Assembly (NCBI GenBank): GCA_964016885.1
Contig: OZ024740.1
Location: 184,388,001 to 184,452,000, forward strand
Direction: 5' to 3'
Length of the DNA stretch: 64,000 nucleotides
Source of the DNA: Eledone cirrhosa
Taxonomy: Eukaryota
The notes beneath the pieces are model-generated. The model saw only the letters and a list, made by a program, of their open reading frames with translations. It did not search any database and was not told the origin of the DNA. A program made the translations under genes and the position numbers. Below are positions 1 through 13,029 of this stretch, piece by piece. The stretch's first letter is position 1. Every line of letters begins with the position of its first letter.

Positions 1-167
1 TGTCTACCTGTTATTATTCATTCTTTATATACACTCCGGAATACTGAAGGATCAGGAACTAAGTTTCTTGAGCAATTCTTCCATAACTCGTAGAGTAACA
101 TCTTACCGTACGTCAACCATATCCAGTGTAGTAATTAACCATCACTACATCTTGGATAATCCTATAC

Positions 168-169
<2 letters not shown>

Positions 170-237
<68 letters not shown>

Positions 238-273
238 TATACATATATATATATATATACATATATATATATG

Positions 274-323
<50 letters not shown>

Positions 324-835
324 AATATATATATGTATATAAATATAACTGTTTCTACTTTAGGCACAAGGCCAGCAATTACCCAGTGCATTACTGGTAC
401 TTTATGTTATCGACCCCGTAAGGATGAAAGGCAAAGTCAACCTCGGCGGGATTTGAACTCAGATCGTAAAGGGACGTAACTATGCTGGAAAGCATGGCGT
501 CCGACCCTCTACCGATACTGAGAATAAATATAACGGCGACGAATTAGTTTTGCGAGAGTTTTTATATGAAATCGTGTGTCGAAACAAATATTGTTATACT
601 TGTATATGTATATGTATATAAATATATATATACGTATATAAATATATGTATATAAATATAAATATATGTATATAAATATATATATATGTATATAAATATA
701 TATATGTATATATATATATATATATATATAAATATATATATTATATATAAATTTATATATATATATGTATATGTATATATATATATGCATATATTTATAT
801 ATTTATAAATGTATATATATGCATATATATATATA

Positions 836-879
<44 letters not shown>

Positions 880-970
880 ATTATATACATGTGTATATGT
901 ATATTATTTATATATATATATGTATATATATATGTATATATATATGTGTATATATATATATATATACTTT
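170..970. repeat. (TA)n-rich microsatellites; representative of dozens of (TA)n/(TG)n tracts in the window
   Basis: Direct inspection; these tracts produce the YI/CV/TH pseudo-ORFs. Confidence 0.95.
349..520 (-). mobile_element. tRNA-derived SINE, abundant family; further copies ~11372-11580(-), 12712-12895(+), 22560-22710(+), 25316-25465(-), 33400-33525(-), 44038-44240(-), 45721-45910(-), 49815-50020(-), 55620-55760(-), 56730-56905(-), 56917-57035(+), 57055-57192(+)
   Basis: All copies share a tRNA-like head (gagttcaaatcc B-box) and the central block gcctttcatccttacggggtcgataaaataaagtaccag; most end in ggccttgtgcc(t/a)aaagtagaaac. Confidence 0.85.
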
Positions 971-1099
971 AAGCTAATTTTTTATGTGTAAGTTTTATCT
1001 GTGTATATGTTATTTAACTGTAGTTGCTTGACTGTATAATTTCTAATTAATCCTAATTTTATAAATTTACTTGTTTCTCTTTCAATCTATCTGTCTAGT

Positions 1100-1132
<33 letters not shown>

Positions 1133-1714
1133 TTCTCTCTCTCCCTCTCTCTCTTTATATCTCTCTCTCTATCTCACACACACACATACACGCACACACA
1201 TACCCACACACACTACTATGATTGAAATCTGCTTGTAGATGTCTGAAGCACAATGACTGAAAGTTTAATGTGTAGATATACTATGCACGATGTGAGATCA
1301 ACATTTTTAAACACTATTGGTAAATTGAACAAAACTGTTTCCTTCATTCTGAACATAGTTTCTACCCATAATACCTAAAGAAGTGCAGTAAACTGTGGCC
1401 TGTTGCTCTGTGACTGGAGAGACTAGAATCTAGTGGAGTGATGCTCATGAATAACTGGGACTAAACATACTGTCAATGTGTATTGAATCTCTAGGTCGAC
1501 AGACCACTTTATAATGCTTCATCATCATCATCATCATCATCATTTCATTTTACGTCCGCTTTTACCCTGCTTGCAAGGTTGGGACGGGAACTGATTCTGG
1601 CTTGATTTCTACAGCTGGATGCCCTTCCTAACATCAACCTCATTTACAGTGAGTGCTGGGTGCCTTTTTGCCGTGGCACCTCCACGACCACTTTGGAGTG
1701 GAATGATATGGACC

Positions 1715-1865
1715 GCAGTCCCTATCATCTCATTTCTACAGCTGAGTAAACTGGAGCAACGTGAAATAAAGTGTCTAATTCAAGGAAACAACACATCACC
1801 CGGTCTGAGAATTGAACTCACAACCTTTTGATTGCAAGGCCAATGCTCTAACCACTAAGCCACCT
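1715..1865 (-). mobile_element. tRNA-derived SINE
   Basis: Reverse complement begins ggtggcttagtggttagagcattggcc...ggttgtgagttcaattctc, i.e. A-box/B-box tRNA-like head. Confidence 0.7.
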
Positions 1866-1949
1866 AAATGTTGTTATTGGTAATGGATCATCTAGGAGTA
1901 TTACCAATGAAACTGTATAACTTCTATTCAGATGAAGATTTATTTCTTG

Positions 1950-4900
1950 TCTGCTTTGTTTAACCTTATGATATCTGTGCTAAACATTGATTTCAATTAT
2001 CTCTATTTCAATTATCTCTATTTGGGGATTGGGCTGGTAGGCATCCACACCACATCCCTTTGTTCATTATTACTGAGACCCACCTTGACAACTCCCATTT
2101 GGAAGCCGAACTGAAAGTGAGGAATTTCACAACAATCCGTGCGGATCGTGTCGACAGGAGGAGGGGAGGAACTGCCATTTTCCTGCATGATTCCTTTAGG
2201 GCAGATAGAAATATCATACTCTTCAATGGCTACTGTAAATCAGTCACTGTGCACAACAAAGCAAATGACCTGGTAGTAGTTGGGCTCTCTAAGGCACCCC
2301 AAACACCCATACTGCGCTTTAAAGAATGCGTCAAAATCATTAAGTACTTTATTCAACAGTGTCATTTTGGTAACATACTTATGATGGGATATTTTAATCT
2401 ACCCTGTGCTGACTGGTCTGAAACAGTTTGAAATCAGGCACTCCAACCTCAACCACTGACAAAGAAGTAGTAGAGACTCTCCTCAACTTTATGAATGAGG
2501 TTTTCTTGTCCCAACTTGTCCTTGCACCAACAAGATATCAGAAGAAAATGTTAGAACTAGTGTTTAGTAACCACACTAACACTATACATATTGTTTTAGT
2601 GGAAAATCCCTTCTTTCAAACCATGATATGGCTCTCTGTAACCTGAGATTCCACCAGCTGAATGCTAATCCTAGTGACCTCTCTCCAGCCCTCCCATTTG
2701 ATAATCTGGATCTCTATAATGCCAACTGGGATGCAATCATAAATGAGCTATCACATGTTGATTGGTCTTTTACATACTCACATATCTCCACCAACATCAA
2801 AACATCATGGGGGATCTTTGTTGACACACATATGTGCAAAACACACCCCACCAAGACATGTGAACAAAACTGAATCCTGCACAAAAAGTGCAGAATCACC
2901 CAAAACAGAACAACTGTTATAACAAAAACAAAAAACAAACAAACAAACAAATTAACAAACTAAACTACTGCCAACAGCAACACACACATTTGACGGCTAT
3001 CACACTGCTTCAATAAAAAAAAATGTAATCTCTAACAATGCATGAAGACCATCATCAATAACCAAAGAAGAGCTGAGGAGAAATGGGCCATTGAGAAAAT
3101 CAAACCCAGCCCCAAAGTTTTCCTTTCATTTGCGAAAAAACATAAGGTCACTGTCTCCACTGTTGGCCCTCTAATTGATGAGGATAGCATTCTCCAAGAT
3201 AATGATAATGTCACAGTTACACTCAGGATGTAAAGAATTGGGACACAAATATTGCAAATGCATGGGTGAGATAATGTAGAAACAATACTACTCTGTTTTC
3301 AGCAATCATGATATGACTGATCTGGGCTGTATCAGTGATGTTAATCCCCAACACACTATATCAGACATAACGTTTGGTGCCCCTGATGTCTTAGCAGCAA
3401 TAAACACAATTAAGCACAATTCAGCAGTAGGCCCCGATAGGTTCCCTGCTTGTGTCCTGAAGGTGTCTCGACATCAACTTGCATCTCCTCTTGCTAATTT
3501 GTGGAGAGACTCACTGGAAGCTGGCTATATTCCCGAAAACTTTCTGTCCCAGTCTGTTGACCCAGTTTTCAAAATGTGAAACAAGTCCCTTGCAGTGAAC
3601 TACCATCCAATGTCACTCACTTCTTATATCATCAAGATATTTAAGAGGGTGGTGAGATCACGAATAACCCACTTTCTTGAAATCAACAGACTGCTGAACT
3701 CCAACCAACATGGGTTCCATAAGGGAAGGGACTGCCTAACGCAGCTCCTGCATCACTCTGATGACATTTTGAGAACTTTGGGAGAGGACACCAACACTGA
3801 TATCATCTATTTTGATTTCAGCAAGGCCTTTGACAGGGTTGATCACAACATTCTATTGAAACAACTATCCAAAATTGGTGTCTCTGGAAATTTACTGCAA
3901 TGTTTGCTGACAGACAAAGTCGAACATGTTTTAGTCGAAGGAGTAATATCAAGCCCAGCCAAAGTCAGTAGTGGCGTTCTGCAAGGCACTGTGTTGGGCC
4001 CACTTCTTTTCATCATCTACATTAATCAACATCTGACATTATCAAGCACATTATCATCTGACATTATCAAGCACATTAACATAAGAATCTTTGCAGATGA
4101 CTTCAACATCCAGAAGGTCATGAATGAAGTGGATGACTGGACATGCCTTCAGTCAGACCTATTGGCTGTTATCCAAAGAGCAGAAAAGAGAGATATGCTG
4201 CTGAACGAGGATAAATTTGAGTTAATCCACTTTGGAAATGAGGATGCCCTGAAACTCCCATACGCCCTTCATTCAGGTGAAACTCTCATGGCATCCAACA
4301 ACATCAGAGACTTGAGAGTAATGCGGACAACCACATAAGCTGGGCCACTCATATAAACAGCAAAGTTGATATGGCCCGCAGAATGTGCTCCTGGATTGTC
4401 AGAAACTTCCAGTTGAGAGATATCCACACCCTTATCTTTCTCTTCTCCACTTTTGCCGGACCCCACTTTGAATACTGTTGTCCACTGTAGTCTTCAAACA
4501 CAAAACAAAGTATCATAAAAATTGAAGGTCCTCAAAGGTCAATCAAGAAAAGGATATATTACATGTAAGGCCTTGTCTATTGGGGTCGACTAGAAAAACT
4601 CCAACTTTATTCTCTCTAATGTCACTGTGAGTGCTTCATCATCTGCATGATCTGGAAAATATTCCCTCAGCATTGCCCAAATGATGTTGGCATCACCTTT
4701 AAATTACTTCCAAGGCTTGGGCCCTGTTCTATCTGCCCACAACAAAAATAACATTCGCATCTCATAACAACAATACGGCACAATTATTTCACCTCAATTG
4801 GCCCCACTCTCTTTAACATTACACCAAAACACATTAAAACAGAAACAGACCCCATAAAGTTCAAGAAGATTTGGGACAAATTCCTTCAATAAAACCCGGT

Positions 4901-5057
4901 TAAACCTCCTACACCCGGATATTTCTCTGTAAACAATAACTCCCTACTTGAGTGGACCATGGTGCCTAAATCCTGATTTGAAAGACTTTGCCAGGTGGTG
5001 CTATTAAGTTAGACATGGCTTGGGCTAATACTGCCCAAAAGTTATCAAAGTTAAAGA
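1950..5057 (+). mobile_element. Decayed CR1/L2-like non-LTR retrotransposon (APE endonuclease + reverse transcriptase, many stops/frameshifts)
   Basis: ORF pieces 2060-2431 (ITETHL, RADRVDRRRGG, MGYFNLP: APE), 3313-3579 (SAVGPDRFP, PLANLW) and 3595-4338 (NQHGF, YFDFSKAFDRVDH, SGVLQGTVLGPLLFIIYIN, IFADD: RT); degenerate C-terminus continues to ~4980. Boundaries approximate. Confidence 0.9.
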
Positions 5058-5489
5058 TATGGTTGTGTTGTCAGCAACTGGGAAGATATTCCATCAAGAA
5101 GGCGGTCAGTACATTGTCACTCACCAGAACAAAATAGAAGACTATTCTACGTTGACCTACAATAATTTGCATGAGACTCTGCTTTGGCATACAAGAAATG
5201 CAACAATGTCTTGTTTGACGTTCAAAATATGTCAATAAGTGTTGACCATGTACCTAAATATTAGGAATTTTTCTAAGAGCAGAAACATGTTCACACGCAA
5301 GTTGTTCACACGCAAGTTGTTCACACGCAAGTTCTTATAGAAAAAACCAACAACTTCTCACCATTTCATGCTATCCATGTTGTACTAGGAACACGGACAC
5401 TTGTATACCACCTATTACTAATGTAGTCACAATTACACTCAGGATGTAAAGAATTGGGACAAAAATATTGCAATTGCATTTTGTGCTAT

Positions 5490-5588
<99 letters not shown>

Positions 5589-5749
5589 TATATGTATGTA
5601 TATATATATATTGTGGTATTTTCTTCGTGGTTATAAGAGGCTTAGCTCTGTTTCTCGACCGTTATATCGCGTGACTATCTCCCCCTCCGCCTTTTGGGAT
5701 TCGTTCTCACGTCGTGTAGACGCGTTCTTGAGACTAGTAAAATGAGGTA

Positions 5750-5837
5750 TCCTCTTGATAAGTCGGCAGACCTCGCAAGGACTCTATATCTTTGATATAT
5801 TGTTTTTGTTTATGCCACGAAACTACGTAGTCGAGGA
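5750..5837 (+). ncRNA. Type I hammerhead ribozyme motif, U3-A8 core variant
   Basis: tcctc-TTGATAA-gtcggca...tgccac-GAAA-ctacgtag-TC-gagga: helix I tcctc/gagga, helix II ggca/tgcc, palindromic helix III. Confidence 0.65.
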
Positions 5838-6068
5838 ATTTAGGAACAGTTTAGGTATGATACATTTTATTACTAATTATATCTAAATGTTTCTTCTCTC
5901 TTCATAATGTATTTTTAACTCTGATACTGGTTCAGTCTAGTTCAAACTGAATTGGTCTGTCCCAGTCATTCATTGAGCAACATCGGTGAAGTTGGCACCC
6001 TTAACTCACAGTTGGGTGCGGATGCGTTCATGTATATATGTGTGCGTCCGCATGTATCTGTGTGTTTC

Positions 6069-6141
<73 letters not shown>

Positions 6142-6304
6142 TTATCATCATCATCATTTTACGTCCGCTCTTCCCTGCTTGCAAGGGTGGGACTATATAT
6201 ATATGTTCGTACTGCCTCTCTGTTTTGTTCCCATTCCATTTTTCTCTATATATATATATCACACAAGAAAAGGAGAATCAGTGGTGCGACGAATAACATT
6301 TATT

Positions 6305-6401
6305 AGACATATTACAATCGTTTCTCTAGCGCCCAGCTCGAGGCACGATCGATGCAATGATCGAACCTGACTCTGAAATCGCAAGATCCTCAGATACGTC
6401 T
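6305..6401 (-). ncRNA. Type I hammerhead ribozyme motif with long helix II (inverted copy)
   Basis: Reverse complement: agacgtat-CTGAGGA-tcttgcg...cgctaga-GAAA-cgattg-TA-atatgtct. Confidence 0.75.
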
Positions 6402-6443
6402 CGATTCTACGATTCCAATTGGAAACTCTGCTTCGTAGAATCA

Positions 6444-6540
6444 AGACGTATCTGAGGATCTTGCGATTTCAGAGTCAGGTTCGATCATTGCATCAATCGT
6501 ACCTCCAGCTGGGCGCCAGTGAAACAATTGTAATATGTCT
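6444..6540 (+). ncRNA. Type I hammerhead ribozyme motif with long helix II
   Basis: agacgtat-CTGAGGA(6452-6458)-~62 nt-GAAA(6521)-caattg-TA-atatgtct; helix I agacgtat/atatgtct; palindromic helix III. Confidence 0.75.
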
Positions 6541-6689
6541 AATAAATGTTATTCGTCGCACCACTGATTCTTCATTTCTTATGTGATATTATACTCTGCT
6601 CTGTAAGAGAATCGAGTGCTCAAACAGCCTACGTCTTACGGATGCTTTAAGCATCCCACAACAATAATATATATATATATATGTATAAC

Positions 6690-7628
6690 CAATGTCTGGG
6701 AGGGTTCTGTAGAAACAGTAGAAATATTCTGCTACTTAGGTGACCAAATTAACAGCGGAGATGGGTGTTCGGAAACTACAATAACTAGGGTAAGAACGGG
6801 ATGGAAGAAGTTCAGGGAGCTACTGCCACTGCTAGCTGCAAAAGGCTTTTCCCTCAAAATTAAAGGCAGACTGTATGATGCGTGTATACGAACAGCAATG
6901 TTACATGGTAGTGAGACCTGGGCGCTGATGAAGGAAGACTTGCGTAGATTAGAAAGAAACGAAGCCTGCAGGCTCCGATGGATGTGTAATAGTAATATAC
7001 ACAAACGGCAAAGCATAAATGAATTGAGAGAGAGACTGAGCTTAAGAGGAATCAAATGATGTGTGCAGGAGAGGCGGTTGCGTTGGTATGGACATGTGAT
7101 GCGCATGAAGGATGACAGCTGCATAAAAAGGTGTAGAGCACTAGAAGTCGATGGAAGCCGTAGAATGAGGAAACCCAAGAAGACCTGGGATGAGGTGATA
7201 AAAGCCGACCTTACCCAATTACACCTCTCAAAAGCGATGACACATGACCATGCCCTCTGGCGTCACGCAGCAATACAGAAGACCTGACCCATCACGGGTA
7301 CAAGCCAAAGCTGAAGCATATAGACAATATGCCACCACACCCTCCCATTGCAAAGTGGTCGTGGAGGCGCTACGGCAAAAAAGCACCCAGCCCACACTGT
7401 AAAGTGGACGTGTTAGCACCACGGAAAAAAAGCACCCAGCACTCACTGTAAATGAGGTTGGTGTTAGGAAGGGCATCCAGCTGTAGAAATCAAGCCAGAC
7501 ACAGTTCCCGTATGAGCAAGACAAGGTCAGCCAACCAGACACTGCCCACAACGGGACAACACGTCTAACCCATGCTAGCATGGAAGAACGAATGTAAAAC
7601 GGTGATAATGATGATGATGATGATGACT
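6690..7628 (+). mobile_element. 5'-truncated RTE-clade LINE
   Basis: FCYLGD, RVRTGWKKFREL, LHGSETW, RRLRWYGHVMRM, KPKKTW; 3' UTR with ggtgttaggaagggcatccagc and (GAT)n tail; same family as 13030-15565. Confidence 0.9.
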
Positions 7629-7698
7629 ATGTAGCTAAAACTTGGGAATTTCTCTAAGAGCAGAAACATGTTCACATACATCTTCTTATAGAAAAAAC

Positions 7699-7751
<53 letters not shown>

Positions 7752-7806
7752 AATATTTGGAGAGGGTCATATTTCAATACACGATTTCATATCAAAAACC
7801 TTGCAA

Positions 7807-7869
<63 letters not shown>

Positions 7870-8055
7870 TTTGTGTTAGATCTCTGAAATAGCGATGTAT
7901 ACACGAATGCACGAGTGAGAAACAATCGTCAGTTATTTTTCTTTGTTTTTGCTGAAGCTATGTATGTGACTATAGTCACTGCCTTAAATTCATAGCAAAG
8001 GGCCTTAAAATGTTTTTAGATAAACATACAGTTTATTATTATATATACAATACCA

Positions 8056-8093
<38 letters not shown>

Positions 8094-8849
8094 CGTGTGT
8101 GCTTTCATGTATGTGTAAATATAGATATATATTTATTTACATATGCTTAGCATTGACAGTCATGAGAAAGATTACTCAAAACCGTAGCAGAGATAAATAT
8201 ATTCTTTATTATGGCCAAGATTAATAAAGAACTCACACACACACCCACACATATATCATCATCATCATCATTTTGCACCTGTTGTTCCGTCCTTGTATTG
8301 GTTTGGTGGGCCCTTCTCAGTACAGCGTCTTTCCACAGTATATATATATATATATATATATGCAATTTTTGTTAGCAAGGTAAGCTAACATTCATTGAAG
8401 GTGATGATATGTGTGTAAGTGCACAAGCATGTTTGTATGCACACACAAATGTACCTATTTAATTGTATACATTAAGAATAGTTACTCAAAACATGTGCTC
8501 ACCTGATCTGCTAAAATTTGCAACCAAATTTCTGCCATACCACACCCTATTGTCCTAATAAAATATGACTATTCAGTGATTAAGGTAATTCTATACTACA
8601 TCTAATAGAATGATGAGATGGCAATAATTCAGGTTTAATTAGCCAGAAGTGATCTGGGGATACATGTCAATCCACCACTACACTTTATTGATTTATTTTC
8701 TCTAAACTTCTGCACATATGTCTACATGGTCTCCATCAAAACGTCAAATTCCTGGTGAAGCTAGGGTGGAAGAGCAAGCAAGTCATTAATTCTCTGGAGC
8801 AATTTTATGGGGACAACAGCACAAAGAAATCAACAACCTACAAATAGAT

Positions 8850-9065
8850 AAGACATTTTAGAAGTGAAAGAGATGAGGTCAAAGATGTAAAAAAAGCTGC
8901 TTTGACATGGTTTTAATTGCATGACCCTCAGTTTTACACAGATAAACTTAAAGGATGCTATCAATGCTCGCAGAAGTTTATTGGCGTAGATGGAGCATAT
9001 ATTGAAAAATAAATATGACTTAAACCGTTTTTTCCAACTGTCCTTTTTCCATGAATATGTTAAGG
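8850..9065 (+). mobile_element. Mariner/Tc1 transposase C-terminal remnant
   Basis: Translates as DEVKDVKKAALTWF*LHDPQFYTDKLKGCYQCSQKFIGVDGAYIEK*, resembling the mariner C-terminal pattern (EVK..V..W...FY..GI...W.KC...G.YVEK). Confidence 0.65.
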
Positions 9066-10745
9066 CACGTTCTTATATGCGAGATGCAAGCCTCCATCTG
9101 AGAGGTCTGTAGCTCTATTTGAGTAGTAACTCAATGTATGATTACTTGCTCAATCATTACTAGCAGGATGTTAAATGGTGATGATGATAAGTACTTTTGC
9201 AATAAATAAAGTAACTTAACATTTCTTGATTATGTTCTGATCAACTCAGTTACTATTTCCAAAACAACATCAAAACATGTTCCAATTCCACTTCAGATTT
9301 CTGGAAGTTAGTGAGTTCAGTTTACAACTATATTGTGTCATGTTCAATCCAATACCACATCACCATGGGCAAGTATTTTCTATTATAGCCTCTTGCTACA
9401 ATGCCTAAACCATTGTGAGAGAAATTTAATGGATGGAGATTGAATAGAAGCCCATCAGAAGATCTATTGTTGCTTTTGGAAGTAGATTTAATCTACTACT
9501 CAATTTAACAGCACTATCATCATCTGCCAGGATTTGCAACCAGTAGCTAATATCACCAATGGAAAGACCAATGGAAACATAGATTTTGGCCCAATTTGAC
9601 AAATAGCATTCCACTCAGTAAGCAAATGAGGACTTGGATTTTCTCAATCGATTTATGTATCATCACTTGGCAGAGAGAAAGGTTTGAAGAGAAGAACTAG
9701 TATTGATATAATGATAGTTTATAGATATGAAAAGTATTAAAGCAAACTACATGTTGGCAGGATTGGAACTACATGCCTGGAGAACCAGAACTAATACTGC
9801 AAAGCCACCTCTCCCATAATTTAACAACTCTTCCATCACTTGATTATTTTAGAATGAACACAAACAGACTAAAAACAAGCAAGTATGAAACAAAATGAAA
9901 TATACAAACAATACTGATCTTGCTTTGTTTGCTTCTTCAAGAATGAATTATTGAAGATATCAATAAATCAGCATAAATTAGCATAAATTAATATGAGATC
10001 TGAAATAAATATTACTGTTATATAATGGATTGCTTCTATAGGTTGATGGATGAATTTTATCTTCAGCTCCAGATTTTTGCCAAATATAACATTCCAAAAT
10101 TATCATTCATTTTGGACTACATTTACTGAAATCTTGCTGATTCTTTAAATTTTGTCATCATTCATACAACAATTTATTGATAACTTTCTTTAAAATTTTC
10201 TTTTTCTTGCTCTCTCTTAATCATAAACATCATTGCTGTCATTAGCTAAGCTGTTTGAAAATAAAGAATGAATACATGTAAAATTTATGATAATGCATTC
10301 AATGATCAAATTTATCAATATTAACTTTTAATGTGGAATTCTTCAGCCTTATCTAAGAAACCCTGTTATATAGTTTTGTATTTCTTTCCTTATGATATTT
10401 TCCTTCATAACTCCATTGGTATCAAATGCAAAATAATCTAATGAAAATTCTCCATTTTATCAAATTTTTATACTATTTTATTAATATCCAAATAAATGTG
10501 ATTGTGTTGTTACTATTATTATTGGGGTTTAGCCTGGCAGGTTAGCTATGGATGAGAAGGCCTGTGATCAATGGCCTTCCAAACATGACCGCCCGATCTT
10601 TTTCATTCTATAAAATATAATGGGCCATTCCTTTTCAAAAATATTATGAGGTTATTTGATGGATATTTTGCTGCTATTTCTAATAAGTTAAGTGGCAAAA
10701 TAAAAGATCTTGTGTGTGTTTTTTTTTTCTATAGATATATCTATC

Positions 10746-10911
10746 CAGTGCTGGATTTAGGACAAATGAGGCCTGTGCTAGTTAAATTATGAGGCCACTT
10801 ACGTGGGCCCTGAAGGGGCCTCATACCTTTTCTTGGCTGGAAGATAGGCTCCACTGGCCAATGGGGCCCTGTACTTAAGCACACCTAAGAACAATAGTAA
10901 TTCCGGCACTG
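10746..10911. mobile_element. Short MITE-like element
   Basis: Terminal inverted repeats cagtgctgga / tccggcactg and internal ggccc motifs; no clear TSD. Confidence 0.5.
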
Positions 10912-11783
10912 TAATTATCTATGTATCTCTGTTTTCCACATTTGTCTATGTTCTGTGTCTGAATATAAAGGCTGGTTGTGATTCTTACAAAATAAATAGT
11001 CAAAGGAACCAACAAGTGGTCGGTTGGATATCTATATCCAACAACATCATTATCCAAAAGTGTGATAAAGAATGTAAACAATAAAAACAATAATAGTAGT
11101 GTAAACGTATTAGGAAGAATTATAAAAAATGCAGCACAATCAAATCAAAACACAATTGCTGATGTGGTAAGACTAATGATTGTATATAATTTTGCCTCAA
11201 GGCCAGTAATTTGGGAGCAGTGGAAACTTAATTATATCGAACCCCATGAAAAGCACAGCTGGCCTTGGCAGGAATTGAACTCAGAATGTAATGAGCCAGA
11301 ACAAATACTGTTATACATATGGTAGATGCTTTAATAACTGTTAAACTACTATTCTCTGTAGTGCTAATAATGGTTTCGGATTTAGGCACAAAGCCCACGA
11401 ACTGGGGGTAGGAGAATGTCGATTAAATAGACCCGAGTGTATTACTGGTACTTTATTTTGTTGACCCCGTAGGGATGAAAGGGTAAAGTAAACCTAAGCG
11501 AGATTTGAATTCAGAATATAAAGGGGTATAACTATATACCACAAAGCATGTTGTCCGAGTCTCTACCAATATTGAGAGTCCACTCCTCTTGTAGTGCTAA
11601 TAATGAAATATAAATACTTGTTATCAGTCATGTCTATTTAGTTGAAAGGTCTGCTTTGCAGTTGCAGGAATAAGGGTTCATTCCCACTGTCTTGGATCAA
11701 CATATTCTACTTCGGGCTGACCAATACTCTGTGAATGATATTGGTGAATTAGGTTTGTGCAGAACCCTATTGTGTATACATAC

Positions 11784-11880
<97 letters not shown>

Positions 11881-12987
11881 GCATTATGTATAATACATAC
11901 GCCATATTGATAATGTACATCATTTCAGTGAAGCTTCCCAAAGAGGATAGTATAGAACATGTCAAAGCACATTAATAATAATGGTTTATTTATTGCCTAG
12001 AGTGTCCCACCCCATAAAATACAAAATATTTTACACAAGGATTACAAAATGTGTTGGTGGTATAAATATATAATAAATGGTGATGGAACAAAACATAACA
12101 AAATATAAAAATATTAAAAAATCAAAAGCTAAATCACAATAGTACAAAAAAAGCATTAATAATGGGTTAGATACTGCCATTAAGGGAGAATCAAGGCAAC
12201 CAAATACCCCAATCTCCTCGCTTACACACTATTTCCTTTTCTCAATACAATCATCCAGGGAAATTTATTGACTGACTCTCTTACCTAACAAATTTATGAG
12301 TTGCACCCGCCTTTCATCAAATTTGCTTCAGGGCAGTACCTTCGTCTCCATTTTGAGAGAAATAAAAATAGCATAGCTGAAGTAAAATAATACATTAAAA
12401 ATAGATAGAACAGTGAAAATAAATTCAAGTACTTTACTTTAAATAGAGTGGTTCACAGCGCCAAGTGGGATAAACGACGAGACAAAAATATTCATTTTCA
12501 AAAGTTTTCACAATTTTAAAAATATAAATTGTGATTCCTACAAACTGCATTTTTGGTACTTCTTAAGCAAATAGTCCAAACGTTGTTTATATATTTCTCA
12601 AAGCATTATTTTTATATTGTAGATTTGTTAAAAATAATGTATATTTTATCTACTCTACTTAAGACATTGTGTGTAGTCATGAAAACAGTTTTATTATTAG
12701 TGAGTTTTAGGGCAGTGGATTGATAGTGTCGGTAGAGGGTCGGACGCATGCTTTGATGTATAGAGTTACGCCCCTTGCCATTTTGAGTTCAAATCCGCCG
12801 AGGTTAACTTTGCCTTTCATCCTTACGGCGTCGATAAAATAAAGTACCAGTAATGTACTAGGTAATTACTGGCCTAGTACCAAAAGTAAAAACAATTATT
12901 AATGAGTTTTAGTAGTTACCAAAGCAACAAAAGAATCATAAACAAACTAAATGTATCTAAAACATTCACACACAGGTAAATATATAA

Positions 12988-13020
<33 letters not shown>

Positions 13021-13029
13021 CATAGAGTC

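Larger units (their letters stand above)
6256..6670. mobile_element. ORF-less fold-back PLE pseudo-LTR insertion
   Basis: Inverted arms 6256-6412 / 6433-6589, an HHR in each arm, 3' tail with tatactc...gagtgct; flanked by (TA)n. Confidence 0.7.

Noticed and set aside
68-977. YI/CV/TH-repeat ORFs here and throughout (e.g. 37859-39412, 517 aa)
   Set aside because: Translations of (TA)n/(TG)n microsatellites, which lack stop codons; not genes.
5263-7700. ~60-80 bp direct repeat (5263-5350 vs 7643-7700) as a TSD around the intervening insertions
   Set aside because: Too long and diverged for a TSD and not aligned with element ends on the left; more likely an old local duplication or repeat fragment.
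9900-10265. Possible minus-strand exon after a tttcaaacag acceptor-like site
   Set aside because: Stops in all three frames shortly after the site; no coding support.
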